Source: Candidatus Oxydemutatoraceae bacterium (GTDB lineage Bacteria; Pseudomonadota; Gammaproteobacteria; Poriferisulfidales; Oxydemutatoraceae). Taken from it: a stretch of DNA of 64,000 bases. Below, piece after piece: positions 1 to 9,244 of the stretch (positions within the stretch are counted from its first letter, which is position 1; every line of letters begins with the position of its first letter). The position numbers and the translations under genes were made by a program. The notes beneath the pieces are model-generated. The model saw only the letters and a program-made list of their open reading frames with translations, was not told the DNA's origin and did no database searches. The stretch covers positions 276,924-340,923 of the forward strand of contig OZ245010.1 in the NCBI GenBank assembly GCA_965223735.1. Direction: 5' to 3'.

Positions 1-588
1 CGTCCCGTCCGACAGCGCCATCTGCGCGACATTCCGGTCGATACCGACCTCTGTTGGAATATGCGGCAAGGCCGCTCCCTGTTCCGTCTCATACACCAGA
101 TACGCATACCAGTCGCCGTGCCCGTTCTTGATGGTGCCGCTCACCGCCCTTGCGTCGGGATACGGGTTATGGCCGATGAGTCTCACCTGCCCGATTTTCT
201 GCACGTGCAGCCATTTGCCGTTGATCTTGAATGTGCCGGCGCCCAACGGGATACTGGCTGTTGAGGTGTAGCGCCCCTTGAACTTCGGCAGGCCGCCCTG
301 CTTTTTATAAAACTTCCTGTAATTTATCTCTATTGCTTTGAGGGGCGTCCTGACAATGTGGCATAAGTATTCATTCAGCCGCGGATCCGTTTTGCGCAGG
401 TTGGTAAAACGCTTATACAGCGAGTATGCCCGGGAATCACATTGGTCGTAAAATACATACTCGTCCCTCAATACACCGACAAAGTGATTCCACATATAAC
501 GGCAGGCGCCGGCCGTCGCCCACAACTTCCTCGCCTTCGCGCGGGTCTGGGGGTGCAGTCTGTATCTGATTGTCCGGTGTGTTTTCAT
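1..588 (-). CDS. tnpB: IS200/IS605-family TnpB (OrfB) RNA-guided nuclease, N-terminal ~195 codons only; the remainder lies beyond the window start
   Basis: Reverse-strand translation from the ATG at 588 gives MKTHRTIRYRLHPQTRAKARKLWATAGACRYMWNHFVGVLRDEYVFYDQ...GLPKFKGRYTSTASIPLG..., the characteristic TnpB/OrfB N-terminus. The frame stays open to position 1. It is absent from the ORF track because no stop codon falls inside the window. Confidence 0.75.
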   Translation of the reverse strand, partial: MKTHRTIRYRLHPQTRAKARKLWATAGACRYMWNHFVGVLRDEYVFYDQCDSRAYSLYKRFTNLRKTDPRLNEYLCHIVRTPLKAIEINYRKFYKKQGGLPKFKGRYTSTASIPLGAGTFKINGKWLHVQKIGQVRLIGHNPYPDARAVSGTIKNGHGDWYAYLVYETEQGAALPHIPTEVGIDRNVAQMALSDGT

Positions 589-618
589 TAAGTCTGTTCA
601 GCATGATTTGTAGATTTT

Positions 619-626
619 TGTATAAT
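619..626 (+). promoter_or_regulatory. Candidate extended -10 element (TGTATAAT) about 140 nt upstream of rpmF
   Basis: tttTGTATAATaag at 617-629 on the + strand, in the AT-rich spacer between tnpB and rpmF. No convincing -35 was found. Confidence 0.25.
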
Positions 627-766
627 AAGTCCCAAAGATAACACGCGCCACGCTGTTTTCCGTAGGGTGCGGTTGTCTGATATGGGCGGACGGCGATATG
701 ATGGCAGATTGTGACGTTCATTATCCGGCGCCCGAGACGCTAAGTTGAAAAATCGGAGACCAAGCC

Positions 767-967
767 ATGGCAGTGCAGCAGAATCGAAAGACGCCTTCAA
801 AGCGCGGTATGCGCCGTTCACACGACAAGCTGGGCAAGGCGACGCTGTCGGCAGACGCGACCACCGGAACGCGCCACCGGCGCCACCATATCAGCCCCGA
901 CGGTTTCTACCGCGGGCGGGAAGTCATTCCTGCGGAAATTGCCGGCGAAGAAACGGCGGAGGAATAA
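767..967 (+). CDS. rpmF: 50S ribosomal protein L32
   Basis: [22 protein letters not shown]... is the typical L32 N-terminus. It is followed by plsX-fabH as in the conserved rpmF-plsX-fabH operon. Confidence 0.9.
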   Translation: MAVQQNRKTPSKRGMRRSHDKLGKATLSADATTGTRHRRHHISPDGFYRGREVIPAEIAGEETAEE

Positions 968-1082
968 CCGACACGCCGCCGCGTTTGAGCGCAGCGGACG
1001 CCGGTGAAACGCCTTGACCGGGCGAGGCGATTTCCGGGATGGATGTACCATGCTCAAAAATCGCTTTTTTCCACCGAAGTGA

Positions 1083-2087
1083 ATGAGTGTCGCCATCTCA
1101 ATCGACGTGATGAGCGGTGATCACGGCCTCGATGTCTCCGTGCCCGCCGCGCTGTCCGTACTCGCGCGTCATCAGGACACTTCACTGATTCTGGCCGGCG
1201 ACGGGCAGCAGCTTCAGTCGGCGCTGGCAGTGCACGACTATCCGAAGTCGCGCCTGCAATGTGTTCATGCCTCTCAACAGATCAAGATGGACGAGGAGCC
1301 AACGTATGCCCTGAGGGCGAAAAAAGATTCCTCGATGCGGATCGCCGTGAACCTAGTGCGTGAAGGCAAGGCCGCGGCCTGCGTCAGCGCAGGCAACACC
1401 GGCGCGCTGATGGCGATATCGCGTTATGTGCTGCGGATGCTGGCGGGCATCGAGCGTCCGGCGATCACGGCGGCGTTGCCGACATTGTCGGGACATACGC
1501 ACATGCTTGACCTCGGCGCCAACGTGGATTGCAAGGCCGAGCATTTATTCCAGTTTGCGATGATGGGGTCGGTGCTGGTGTCGGCGCTTGACAGCATCGA
1601 GAAGCCGCGCGTCGGATTGCTTAATATCGGACAGGAGACGATCAAGGGCAACGATCAGGTCAAGGAAGCTGATCGGCAGTTGCGTGAGAGCCCGCTGAAC
1701 TATATCGGTTACGTCGAGGGCAACCAGATCTACCGGGGCGTTGCCGACGTGATCGTCGCCGACGGCTTTGCTGGCAACGTTTCGCTCAAGACTTCCGAGG
1801 GGGTTGCCGAATTCATCACCGACACGTTGCGCCATGCGTTCTCGCGCAACGGACTGACGCGCCTCGCGGGCCTGACGGCGGCGCCGGTGCTCAAGTCGGT
1901 GCGTGAGGTGATTGACCCGCGCCGCTATAATGGCGCAAGCCTGCTCGGCCTGCAGGGGGTGGTGATCAAGAGTCACGGGGGGGCCGACGCCGTTGCCTTT
2001 GAGCACGCGATCGAAACCGCCCGCATCGAGGCTTTGAAGCAGGTACCGCAATTGATAGACAGACAACTCGAAGCGATCTTGGCGTAG
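1083..2087 (+). CDS. plsX: Phosphate acyltransferase PlsX
   Basis: 334 aa. It has full-length similarity to PlsX ([11 protein letters not shown]..., AGNTGALMA..., [10 protein letters not shown]) and the conserved position between rpmF and fabH. Confidence 0.92.
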   Translation: MSVAISIDVMSGDHGLDVSVPAALSVLARHQDTSLILAGDGQQLQSALAVHDYPKSRLQCVHASQQIKMDEEPTYALRAKKDSSMRIAVNLVREGKAAACVSAGNTGALMAISRYVLRMLAGIERPAITAALPTLSGHTHMLDLGANVDCKAEHLFQFAMMGSVLVSALDSIEKPRVGLLNIGQETIKGNDQVKEADRQLRESPLNYIGYVEGNQIYRGVADVIVADGFAGNVSLKTSEGVAEFITDTLRHAFSRNGLTRLAGLTAAPVLKSVREVIDPRRYNGASLLGLQGVVIKSHGGADAVAFEHAIETARIEALKQVPQLIDRQLEAILA

Positions 2088-2091
2088 TGCG

Positions 2092-3057
2092 ATGGCGGTT
2101 TTTTCCCGTATTGCCGGCACCGGCGCTTACCTACCCGAGAAGGTTTTGACCAACGCCGATCTGGAGGCGCTTGTCGCAACCTCGGACCAGTGGATCCGGG
2201 AACGCACCGGTATCAGTGAGCGCCGCATCGCGGCCGACGGTGAAAGCGCCTGCGATCTCGCCATGCACGCCGCAAACAACGCGCTCGAGATGGCCGGCGT
2301 GGCGGCCGGTGAGGTGGATCTGATCGTTGTCGCGACGACTACGTCGGACAAGGTGTTTCCGAGCACCGCCTGTCAGTTGCAGGGCCGGCTCGGCGTCAGC
2401 GGCTCTCCGGCGTTTGACGTGCAGGCTGTGTGCACCGGCTTCATCTACGCGCTTGACGTCGCCGACCGCTTCGTGCGCGCCGGCGATGCGTGCAACGCGC
2501 TGGTTGTCGGCACTGAAGTGCTGTCGCGTATTATTGATTGGCGCGACCGCGGGACTTGCGTGTTGTTCGGCGACGGCGCTGGCGCAGCGGTGTTGCAGGC
2601 GGCGGACGAGCCGGGCATCTATTCGACGCATCTGCACGCCGACGGCCGCTACGAAGAGCTGCTGCACGCGCCGGGCGGTCCGGGCGCGGGCGCGTCCGAA
2701 GACGCCGATGGGTACATCCGCATGAAAGGCAACGAGGTGTTCAGGATGGCGGTGAACACGCTCGGCAGCATCGTCGATGAGACGCTCGCCGCGAACGACT
2801 TTGACCGCTCCGACGTGAACTGGCTGGTGCCGCATCAGGCGAACCACCGCATCATCGCGGCGACCGCGAAAAAATTGGGGATGCCGATGGAGCGGGTGGT
2901 CGTGACGGTCGATCGCCACGGCAATACTTCGGCGGCCTCAATCCCGCTGGCGCTCGACGAGGCGGTGCGCGACGGGCGCATTCGGCGCGGCGACTGCCTG
3001 ATGCTCGAGGCCTTCGGCGGCGGCTTTACCTGGGGATCAGCCCTGCTTAAGTTTTGA
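2092..3057 (+). CDS. fabH: 3-oxoacyl-ACP synthase III (FabH)
   Basis: 321 aa. It has the FabH motifs (GTGAYLPE, active-site Cys in [11 protein letters not shown], HQANxRI, GNTSAAS). Confidence 0.92.
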   Translation: MAVFSRIAGTGAYLPEKVLTNADLEALVATSDQWIRERTGISERRIAADGESACDLAMHAANNALEMAGVAAGEVDLIVVATTTSDKVFPSTACQLQGRLGVSGSPAFDVQAVCTGFIYALDVADRFVRAGDACNALVVGTEVLSRIIDWRDRGTCVLFGDGAGAAVLQAADEPGIYSTHLHADGRYEELLHAPGGPGAGASEDADGYIRMKGNEVFRMAVNTLGSIVDETLAANDFDRSDVNWLVPHQANHRIIAATAKKLGMPMERVVVTVDRHGNTSAASIPLALDEAVRDGRIRRGDCLMLEAFGGGFTWGSALLKF

Positions 3058-4907
3058 CGGCGATGAGTGGGTTGCCGCAGACCGCCCCGGATTTTGACGT
3101 GCAGGATTTCCTGCGCAACCTGACGCACAAGCCGGGGGTCTATCGGATGCTCGACGCAGGAGGCGAGATTCTTTACGTCGGCAAGGCGAAGGACCTGAAG
3201 AAACGTGTTACGACTTATTTCCGAAAGCAGAGTTGGGGGACGAAAACGCAGTTGATGATGCAGCAACTGCGCCGCGTCGAGATTACCGTCACCGCGACCG
3301 AAGCCGAGGCGTTGCTGCTCGAGAACAACCTGATCAAGGAACACCGTCCGCGTTACAACGTGCTGCTTCGGGACGACAAAAGTTATCCCTACATCCGCAT
3401 CACCGACGGCACGTTTCCGCGGCTCACCTTTTATCGCGGTTTCCGCAAACAGCCCGGGCGCTATTTCGGTCCCTATCCGGGGGTTGGCGCGGTGCGTGAG
3501 ACGCTGAACCTGCTGTTCAAGCTGTTCAGGTTGCGTCAATGCGACGACAGTTTTTTTAAAAACCGCACGCGCCCGTGTTTGCAATACCAGATCAGGCGTT
3601 GCAGCGCGCCGTGCGTCGGTCTGATCGGTGAAGATGCGTACCGCGACGACCTCGCGCTCGCAGTCGAGGTGTTGTCTGGCAACGGGGGCCGGGTGATCGA
3701 GACTCTGGTCGAACGCATGGACGGCGCGTCGCAACTCAGGGACTATGAGCGCGCGGGGCGATGCCGCGATCAGATCCGGGCGTTGCGGGTAATGTCGGAG
3801 CAGCAGCGCGTGAGCGCCGACAAGGGCGACACCGACATCATCGCGTGCAGCGTCAAGGGTGGCAGTGTCTGCGTGCAGGTGTTCAACGTGCGCGCGGGGC
3901 TGAACATCGGCAACCGCGCATATTACCCGACGTTGCCGCACGACGAAGTCGGTGCGGGTGAATTGTTGACCGCTTTTATCGGGCAGTATTACCTGGCGCG
4001 GCAGGTGCCGCAGGAGTTGGTCGTCAGTCATGCACCCGACGACGCGCCGGCTCTGCGGGCGATGCTTGAACACAAGGCCGGACGCAAGGTGGTGCTGACA
4101 ACGGTGGTGCGCGATGCGAAACGCAAATGGCTCGACTTTGCAATCGACAACGCCGCGCTCGCGCTCGACGCGAGGCTGTCGTCGAAAGCTGGCGTGCGAA
4201 AGCGACTGACGGCGTTACAGGAGATGCTTGACCTCGAGGAGATCCCGGTACGCATGGAATGTTTTGACATCAGTCACACGCAGGGTGAGGCGACGGTCGC
4301 CTCGTGCGTGGTGTTCGGCGCCGACGGCCCGCTGAAATCCGAATACCGGCGCTTCAACATAGAAAATGTGACAGCAGGTGACGATTACGCCGCGATGCGT
4401 CAGGCGATTGATCGGCGCTACCGCAGGTTGGTTGCGGGTGAAGGCAAGTTGCCCGACGTGTTGTTCATAGACGGCGGCAAAGGGCAGGTCAGGCGTGCGT
4501 GCGAAGTTCTGCAGGAGTTCGGCGTGGTTGACACGGCGGTGGTCGGCGTTGCTAAGGGGCCGCAGCGGAAGCCCGGCATGGAGACGCTGCTGCTCGCCAA
4601 CGGCGATCGGCTGGTTACGCCGGACGCTGACTCGGCGGCGCTGCATCTGATACAGCAGATACGCGATGAAGCGCACCGTTTTGCCATTGCCGGGCACCGT
4701 CGCCGCAGAGCCGCCCGGCGCAACCGCTCGCCGCTTGAGAATATCCCGGGACTTGGCCCGAAACGCCGCCGGCAATTGCTGAAGCATTTCGGCGGCCTAC
4801 GCGGAATTAATCGCGCGAGCGTCGAAGAGCTTGGCAAAGTGTCCGGTATCAGCGGACGTCTCGCCGAATCGATCTACGAGACCTTGCACACCGAGGGTTG
4901 GCAATGA
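3054..4907 (+). CDS. uvrC: Excinuclease ABC subunit C (UvrC)
   Basis: 617 aa. The N-terminal GIY-YIG segment ([25 protein letters not shown]) and C-terminal RNaseH-like/HhH regions are present. The ATG overlaps the fabH stop (ATGA). Confidence 0.93.
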   Translation: MTAMSGLPQTAPDFDVQDFLRNLTHKPGVYRMLDAGGEILYVGKAKDLKKRVTTYFRKQSWGTKTQLMMQQLRRVEITVTATEAEALLLENNLIKEHRPRYNVLLRDDKSYPYIRITDGTFPRLTFYRGFRKQPGRYFGPYPGVGAVRETLNLLFKLFRLRQCDDSFFKNRTRPCLQYQIRRCSAPCVGLIGEDAYRDDLALAVEVLSGNGGRVIETLVERMDGASQLRDYERAGRCRDQIRALRVMSEQQRVSADKGDTDIIACSVKGGSVCVQVFNVRAGLNIGNRAYYPTLPHDEVGAGELLTAFIGQYYLARQVPQELVVSHAPDDAPALRAMLEHKAGRKVVLTTVVRDAKRKWLDFAIDNAALALDARLSSKAGVRKRLTALQEMLDLEEIPVRMECFDISHTQGEATVASCVVFGADGPLKSEYRRFNIENVTAGDDYAAMRQAIDRRYRRLVAGEGKLPDVLFIDGGKGQVRRACEVLQEFGVVDTAVVGVAKGPQRKPGMETLLLANGDRLVTPDADSAALHLIQQIRDEAHRFAIAGHRRRRAARRNRSPLENIPGLGPKRRRQLLKHFGGLRGINRASVEELGKVSGISGRLAESIYETLHTEGWQ

Positions 4908-5455
4908 TCAATTTGCCGACCGTATTGACCTTAACGCGCATCGTGCTCATTCCACTGCTGATCGTGGCGTTTTACCTCCCGCTGTGGTGGAGCGGCCCGG
5001 CTGCCGCCGCGGTTTTTACGCTCGCCGCGCTGACTGACGCGCTCGACGGTTACCTCGCGCGCCGCACGCGGAAGACAACGCGTTTCGGCGCGTTTCTTGA
5101 CCCGGTCGCCGATAAGCTGATCGTCGCGGCGGCGCTGGTCCTGGTCATTGAACGCGCCGAGACTTGGGTGGTCACGGTGCCGGCGCTGGTGATCATCGCG
5201 CGCGAGATCGCGGTGTCGGCGTTGCGTGAATGGATGGCCGAGGTCGGCGACAGCCGCGCGGTCGCTGTTACCTTTCTCGGGAAGTTAAAGACCGTCATGC
5301 AGATGGCGGCGATCATCGCGCTGCTTTTGAATCAACCGGTATTCGGCCTGCCGGCGTTTGAGATCGGAGTGCTGCTGCTGTACACGTCGGCAATCCTGAC
5401 CGTGTGGTCGATGCTGGTTTACCTGCTGGCGGCGCGCAGGCATTTTCCGACCTGA
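4898..5455 (+). CDS. pgsA: CDP-diacylglycerol--glycerol-3-phosphate 3-phosphatidyltransferase (PgsA)
   Basis: 185 aa with the CDP-alcohol phosphatidyltransferase motif (DxxDGxxARxxxxxxxxGxxxDxxxD: DALDGYLARR...GAFLDPVADK). It overlaps the uvrC end, as in the enterobacterial uvrC-pgsA arrangement. Confidence 0.92.
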   Translation: MAMINLPTVLTLTRIVLIPLLIVAFYLPLWWSGPAAAAVFTLAALTDALDGYLARRTRKTTRFGAFLDPVADKLIVAAALVLVIERAETWVVTVPALVIIAREIAVSALREWMAEVGDSRAVAVTFLGKLKTVMQMAAIIALLLNQPVFGLPAFEIGVLLLYTSAILTVWSMLVYLLAARRHFPT

Positions 5456-5816
5456 CCGGTGGGCAGATCTTCATGAAACAGACTGTATGCAATAGCGCGC
5501 CGGGGTCAAACAATCTCCGTGCACGGTGGGGAGATTACTCAGTTGTTCCGTGAGATCATCAAAGTGGATGCAACGGCAGCCCGGTGGGGCATTGAAGGGT
5601 AGCTTGTCGCCTGGGATATTTTCGGGGTGATGAAGCATCTCCCGCGTGCGTTTGCCGATCCTGTTATTCTCGATCTTCCGTACAACCTGTTCGGGAATTT
5701 CAGCAGCAATTCATTATGACGAAGACGTCCGGGCTGGCAGCCGCTATGGGCAACGACCGGAATCCCACCTCAGGCCACTTGGCGGCGAAGAGTAGCGGAA
5801 TACCGGAATGTGGGAA

Positions 5817-5891
5817 TGGAGCGGGAAACGGGGTTCGAACCCGCGACCCCAACCTTGGCAAGGTTGTGCTCTACCACTGAGCTATTCCCGC
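5817..5891 (-). tRNA. tRNA-Gly (anticodon GCC)
   Basis: The reverse complement reads GCGGGAATAGCTCAGTGGTAGAGCACAACCTTGCCAAGGTTGGGGTCGCGGGTTCGAACCCCGTTTCCCGCTCCA. It has a cloverleaf with anticodon loop CTTGCCAAG and an encoded CCA end. Confidence 0.93.
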
Positions 5892-5989
5892 ACACGAGCG
5901 TTGAATTGTAGGTGGTCGGCGTCGGCTGTCAATACGGCTTGTGTCCGGTCGCATAAAAGCGGTGGGAACGGCTATACTTCGCGCGCGAG

Positions 5990-6063
5990 GGCTAGTTGGC
6001 AGAGTGGTGATGCAGCGGCCTGCAAAGCCGTGTACACCGGTTCGATTCCGGTACTAGCCTCCA
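5990..6063 (+). tRNA. tRNA-Cys (anticodon GCA)
   Basis: GGCTAGTTGGCAGAGTGGTGATGCAGCGGCCTGCAAAGCCGTGTACACCGGTTCGATTCCGGTACTAGCCTCCA. The acceptor stem is GGCTAGT/ACTAGCC, the anticodon loop CTGCAAA and the T-arm GGTTCGATTCC. Confidence 0.9.
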
Positions 6064-6148
6064 CCTTTCAGCGTCACGCGGGAGTGATCGGGGGTGCCCC
6101 AGCACCCGATAGAATCACAACGTGGGAACGTCTCAAGCGAGTTGCAAG

Positions 6149-6154
6149 TATAAT
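6149..6154 (+). promoter_or_regulatory. Candidate -10 hexamer (TATAAT) 21 nt upstream of tRNA-Leu
   Basis: A perfect TATAAT lies at 6149-6154. No properly spaced -35 was found. Confidence 0.2.
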
Positions 6155-6175
6155 CACGGGCGCAGAGTGCGCTTT

Positions 6176-6263
6176 GCCCGGGTGGCGGAATTGGTAGACG
6201 CAAGGGACTTAAAATCCCTTGGGCTTTTTGCCCGTGCCGGTTCGAGTCCGGCTCCGGGTACCA
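6176..6263 (+). tRNA. tRNA-Leu (anticodon UAA), long variable arm
   Basis: GCCCGGGTGGCGGAATTGGTAGACGCAAGGGACTTAAAATCCC...GGTTCGAGTCCGGCTCCGGGTACCA. It is 88 nt with anticodon loop CTTAAAA and closely resembles enterobacterial leuZ. Confidence 0.92.
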
Positions 6264-6445
6264 AATCTATTGTAGGGAATGAGGTATCGACGTAAAGACG
6301 GGTTTTTATCCGGGGCGTATTGGCGCCAATCTCTTGGGGGAACAGGATATCGGAGGTTTGCGCCCACAACCCGGTGCCCCTCCGGCAGGCCGATCGGCAA
6401 AGCCCCGCCGTTTGAAGGGTGCTTTGTCGACCCGGACTGTAATCT

Positions 6446-7045
6446 TCAAGGCTGGTAGGAGAACTCGGCGGCGAGCCCCACGGTGCCCGACTTTTCCCAT
6501 TTCTGGTCGTGGTCGGTGTACTCGAGTTTTTCCGACTTATGCACGATGATCGGGTAGCCGGGCGCGACCGCCAGGGGATGGTTGTTGACGGTGACGTTGC
6601 CGCCGTCCTCGCCTTCCACCGCGTCCATCTTGACGCTGCCGACGCCTTCGACCATCAGCTCCTTGCGCTTGGGGTCCATCTTGATATCGATGCCAGCTGA
6701 GTGCACGCCCATGACTTCGCCGACCAGGCTTGCGATGACTGCGGGATGCCCGCCGGCTTCGCCGCCGTAGATCTTGGTCAGTGCGTCCTTCTGCTGATCG
6801 TCGGCGTTTTTGTCAATGTACAGCGCCAGCCGCCAGCCGCCGTCGGTCAGCAGTCCGGGTGCGTGCAACCATGCCGCGACTTTCATGCCGGACAGATCGG
6901 TGTCGTCCATGTGGCCGCTCTCGATCTGCCAGCACACAAACGCTTCGCAATAGCCTTTGGTGGGTGGTTGCAGAAAAATGCACGGGCATACGAGGTCGCA
7001 GGTGCACGATTCAAAATATTTACCTTTCAGTTGCCAGTCGGACAT
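6446..7045 (-). CDS. DUF1326 family protein (Cys-rich N-terminus, function unknown)
   Basis: 199 aa. MSDWQLKGKYFESCTCDLVCPCIF... is the characteristic DUF1326 start. It lies divergent to a DUF2182 gene, the usual partner. Confidence 0.8.
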   Translation of the reverse strand: MSDWQLKGKYFESCTCDLVCPCIFLQPPTKGYCEAFVCWQIESGHMDDTDLSGMKVAAWLHAPGLLTDGGWRLALYIDKNADDQQKDALTKIYGGEAGGHPAVIASLVGEVMGVHSAGIDIKMDPKRKELMVEGVGSVKMDAVEGEDGGNVTVNNHPLAVAPGYPIIVHKSEKLEYTDHDQKWEKSGTVGLAAEFSYQP

Positions 7046-7066
7046 TGCTAGCCTCCCCGATTTACA

Positions 7067-7094
7067 TGAAGTCAGTAGATTGAAGTCAGTAGAT
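7067..7094. repeat. Perfect tandem duplication of the 14-mer TGAAGTCAGTAGAT, 20-50 nt upstream of the DUF1326 start codon
   Basis: catGAAGTCAGTAGATTGAAGTCAGTAGATgaac was read directly at 7064-7098 in the DUF1326/DUF2182 divergent intergenic region. Confidence 0.85.
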
Positions 7095-7185
7095 GAACGC
7101 CGATAAGGCTAATCCTTCTGCCGGCGAATGGCAAGCCGCGCCGGAACAAGTGCTAAAATAGGTTTTTTGAGCCGGAATCCCTTGG

Positions 7186-7998
7186 TTGTCGATGGCTGAT
7201 ACCGCCACAATCCGCACCGCCTGGTCGGATCTCGACCCGACAGTGCGTCTGCTGATTGCCGCGGTCATCGCCGCGCTCGCGGCGTGTGGCTGGGCCTACA
7301 TGATTTATATGACGTGGGCAATGGGGCACATGCACTTGGTGGATATGTGGATGCCGCCGCAGTCGGGCGCGAGAGCGTGGACGGCTTACGACTTTACCAT
7401 GCTGTTTGTAATGTGGCTGGTGATGATGGTCGCGATGATGTTGCCGTCGGCGACGCCGCTCGCAATGTTGTTTGCGCAGGTGCAGCAAAAGCGCCGGGGC
7501 AGCGAGCAGATTATCGTGCCGACTTATCTGTTGCTTGCAGGTTACATCGGCGCGTGTGGCGTTTTCAGTGTGGTGGTCACGCTGCTGCAATGGCAATTGC
7601 ATGAGCGTGCGCTGTTGAACCCGATGATGGACAGTCGCAGTTATCTGCTGAGTGGTGTCGTATTGCTGATTGCCGGCGTGTACCAATGGACGCCGTGGAA
7701 AGACGTATGTCTGCGCTATTGCCGCACGCCGATGAGTTTTCTACTCGGTTCGTGGCGCGACGGCGCCGACGGTGCATTCGTGATGGGGCTGCACCACGGC
7801 ACCTACTGCGTCCTGTGTTGCTGGGGGTTGATGCTGGTGATGTTCGCTGTGGGCGTGATGAATATGCTCTGGATGGTGGTGATCACGCTGTTTATTTTGC
7901 TCGAAAAAACCGTTCTGCCGCCGCGTATCGGTTCGATTTCCGTCGGCACCTTGCTGTTGTTGTGGGGCGGGTCGTGGTTGTCGCTGTATCCGTGGTAG
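7186..7998 (+). CDS. DUF2182 family predicted metal-binding integral membrane protein
   Basis: 270 aa, polytopic and His/Met/Trp-rich (WAMGHMHLVDMWMP...), with the typical DUF2182 architecture, paired with DUF1326. Confidence 0.75.
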   Translation: MSMADTATIRTAWSDLDPTVRLLIAAVIAALAACGWAYMIYMTWAMGHMHLVDMWMPPQSGARAWTAYDFTMLFVMWLVMMVAMMLPSATPLAMLFAQVQQKRRGSEQIIVPTYLLLAGYIGACGVFSVVVTLLQWQLHERALLNPMMDSRSYLLSGVVLLIAGVYQWTPWKDVCLRYCRTPMSFLLGSWRDGADGAFVMGLHHGTYCVLCCWGLMLVMFAVGVMNMLWMVVITLFILLEKTVLPPRIGSISVGTLLLLWGGSWLSLYPW

Positions 7999-8256
7999 AT
8001 TGTTAGAAGTTGTTAAAGGGAATGTGAGGATGAGGTATTGCAGGGATGCAGGGATAATGGCCGGAAAGGCGGAGACCGCCCGAAAGGTGGCTTTTTCTAC
8101 AAAATGACAGGCAAACCCACTGAACATATCATCGGAGTGGATCGAGGGAAATTCAAGAGGAAGGAACGGCTGCTTACGTGCATTTGTTGCTGTGACGTTG
8201 AGGTTCTTCCTGGACGGCGCCGGTTAAGCGGGGATGATTCTTGAAGAGAAAGGCCG

Positions 8257-9141
8257 ATGAAAATCCTTATCAATTATGCGACTCCAAACTTCGCTACCGT
8301 CCGCAAGTTGAACAGCGCGACGGGGCTTTCGGCAGGCGAGTTTGAAAAAGTCATTGAATATTCGCCGGATGACCTTGACGAGGCTTTTCGGCAATCAAAT
8401 GAATCTATTCTGAACATGGCAAGAGGGGCAGGCTGTTGGCTCTGGAAGCCTTATATCATCAAGGAATCCCTGAGAAGCATGAAAGCCGATGACTTTTTGT
8501 TTTATGCTGACGCAGGCAGTGTTTTCACCGGCCCCGTCGAGCCGCTAATCAGAGTGATGCAACAAACGGATCAGAGCGTGATTGCTTTCAGGAGCAATCA
8601 GATCGAACATGTACGAACGAAAAGAGATGCGTTCATTTTGATGAGGTGCGATACGGTTGAGTATGCCGATACGTATCAAGTGGAAGCCGGTTTTTCCTTG
8701 TGGAGGAAAACGGCATTCAGCATGAGATTGGTCAACGAGTGGCTATCCTACGTTCAGGACGAGAGGGTCATTACTGACATGCCTAATCAATGCGGCAAGG
8801 GAAATTATCCGGGATTCAAGGAGCACCGGTACGACCAGAGTATATGGAGTCTCTTATGCAAAAAACATCAGGTGTTGATCCATAGAAGAATTTACACATA
8901 CAAAATACAAAGCAGGGGTTTACATCACGGTGATGAAGATCCGAATTCCACATCCCCCTGCTTTGTTTTTGTTCATAGAAACAATTTAAAAGAGGTACTT
9001 AGATTTTACCTGACCGCCCCATTGAAGTTCCGTTTAAAATTTCCGGTTTTCAAGGACATAATTTTCGATCCGAGGTTTGTGCTGGTTAAAGAGTTCGTTA
9101 AACAGTTGCTTGTGAAGGTGGCGCCGCGGATTTTTCTGTAA
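8257..9141 (+). CDS. Hypothetical protein, possibly a nucleotide-sugar transferase-like enzyme; lies in a lower-GC segment
   Basis: A 294-aa ORF with an AT-rich codon composition that contrasts with its flanks. No secure family assignment was possible by eye. The motif FLFYADAGSVF is a possible DxD-like site. Confidence 0.5.
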   Translation: MKILINYATPNFATVRKLNSATGLSAGEFEKVIEYSPDDLDEAFRQSNESILNMARGAGCWLWKPYIIKESLRSMKADDFLFYADAGSVFTGPVEPLIRVMQQTDQSVIAFRSNQIEHVRTKRDAFILMRCDTVEYADTYQVEAGFSLWRKTAFSMRLVNEWLSYVQDERVITDMPNQCGKGNYPGFKEHRYDQSIWSLLCKKHQVLIHRRIYTYKIQSRGLHHGDEDPNSTSPCFVFVHRNNLKEVLRFYLTAPLKFRLKFPVFKDIIFDPRFVLVKEFVKQLLVKVAPRIFL

Positions 9142-9244
9142 AACGGAAGAATGCCTCTTGGGTTAGGGAACCGAAGCTTTTATAAGAGGCTGTAAAAACA
9201 ACGGTGAAAGCTTCGCCGGTCGTCTTAAACCGGTCGTCTTGAAA

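Larger units (their letters stand above)
1..760 (-). mobile_element. Partial IS200/IS605-family (IS1341-like, tnpB-only) insertion sequence; the tnpB-proximal end lies somewhere in 589-760 and the boundary is not mapped
   Basis: tnpB has no adjacent tnpA in 589-760. The element abuts the rpmF start at 767. The exact end cannot be defined without the other terminus. Confidence 0.45.

Noticed and set aside
2131-2919. Long antisense ORFs opposite well-supported genes, for example 2131-2919(-) and 2835-4073(-) in fabH/uvrC, 9913-10941(-) and 11767-13131(-) in purL, 22271-23401(-) in thiL, 26392-29652(+) series in mfd, 34615-35397(-) in ccmD/E, 43240-43974(-) in comEC, 45738-46685(-) in msbA/lpxK and 55006-56115(-) in the GldG-like gene
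   Set aside because: In a high-GC genome long stop-free antisense frames are expected by chance. In every case the opposite strand carries a full-length, motif-bearing homologue of a known protein. The antisense translations are Arg/Ala/Pro-rich low-complexity sequence.
5808-6197. 129-aa + strand ORF spanning the tRNA-Gly, tRNA-Cys and tRNA-Leu region
   Set aside because: It overlaps three canonical tRNA genes with intact cloverleaves, so it is an ORF-finder artefact.
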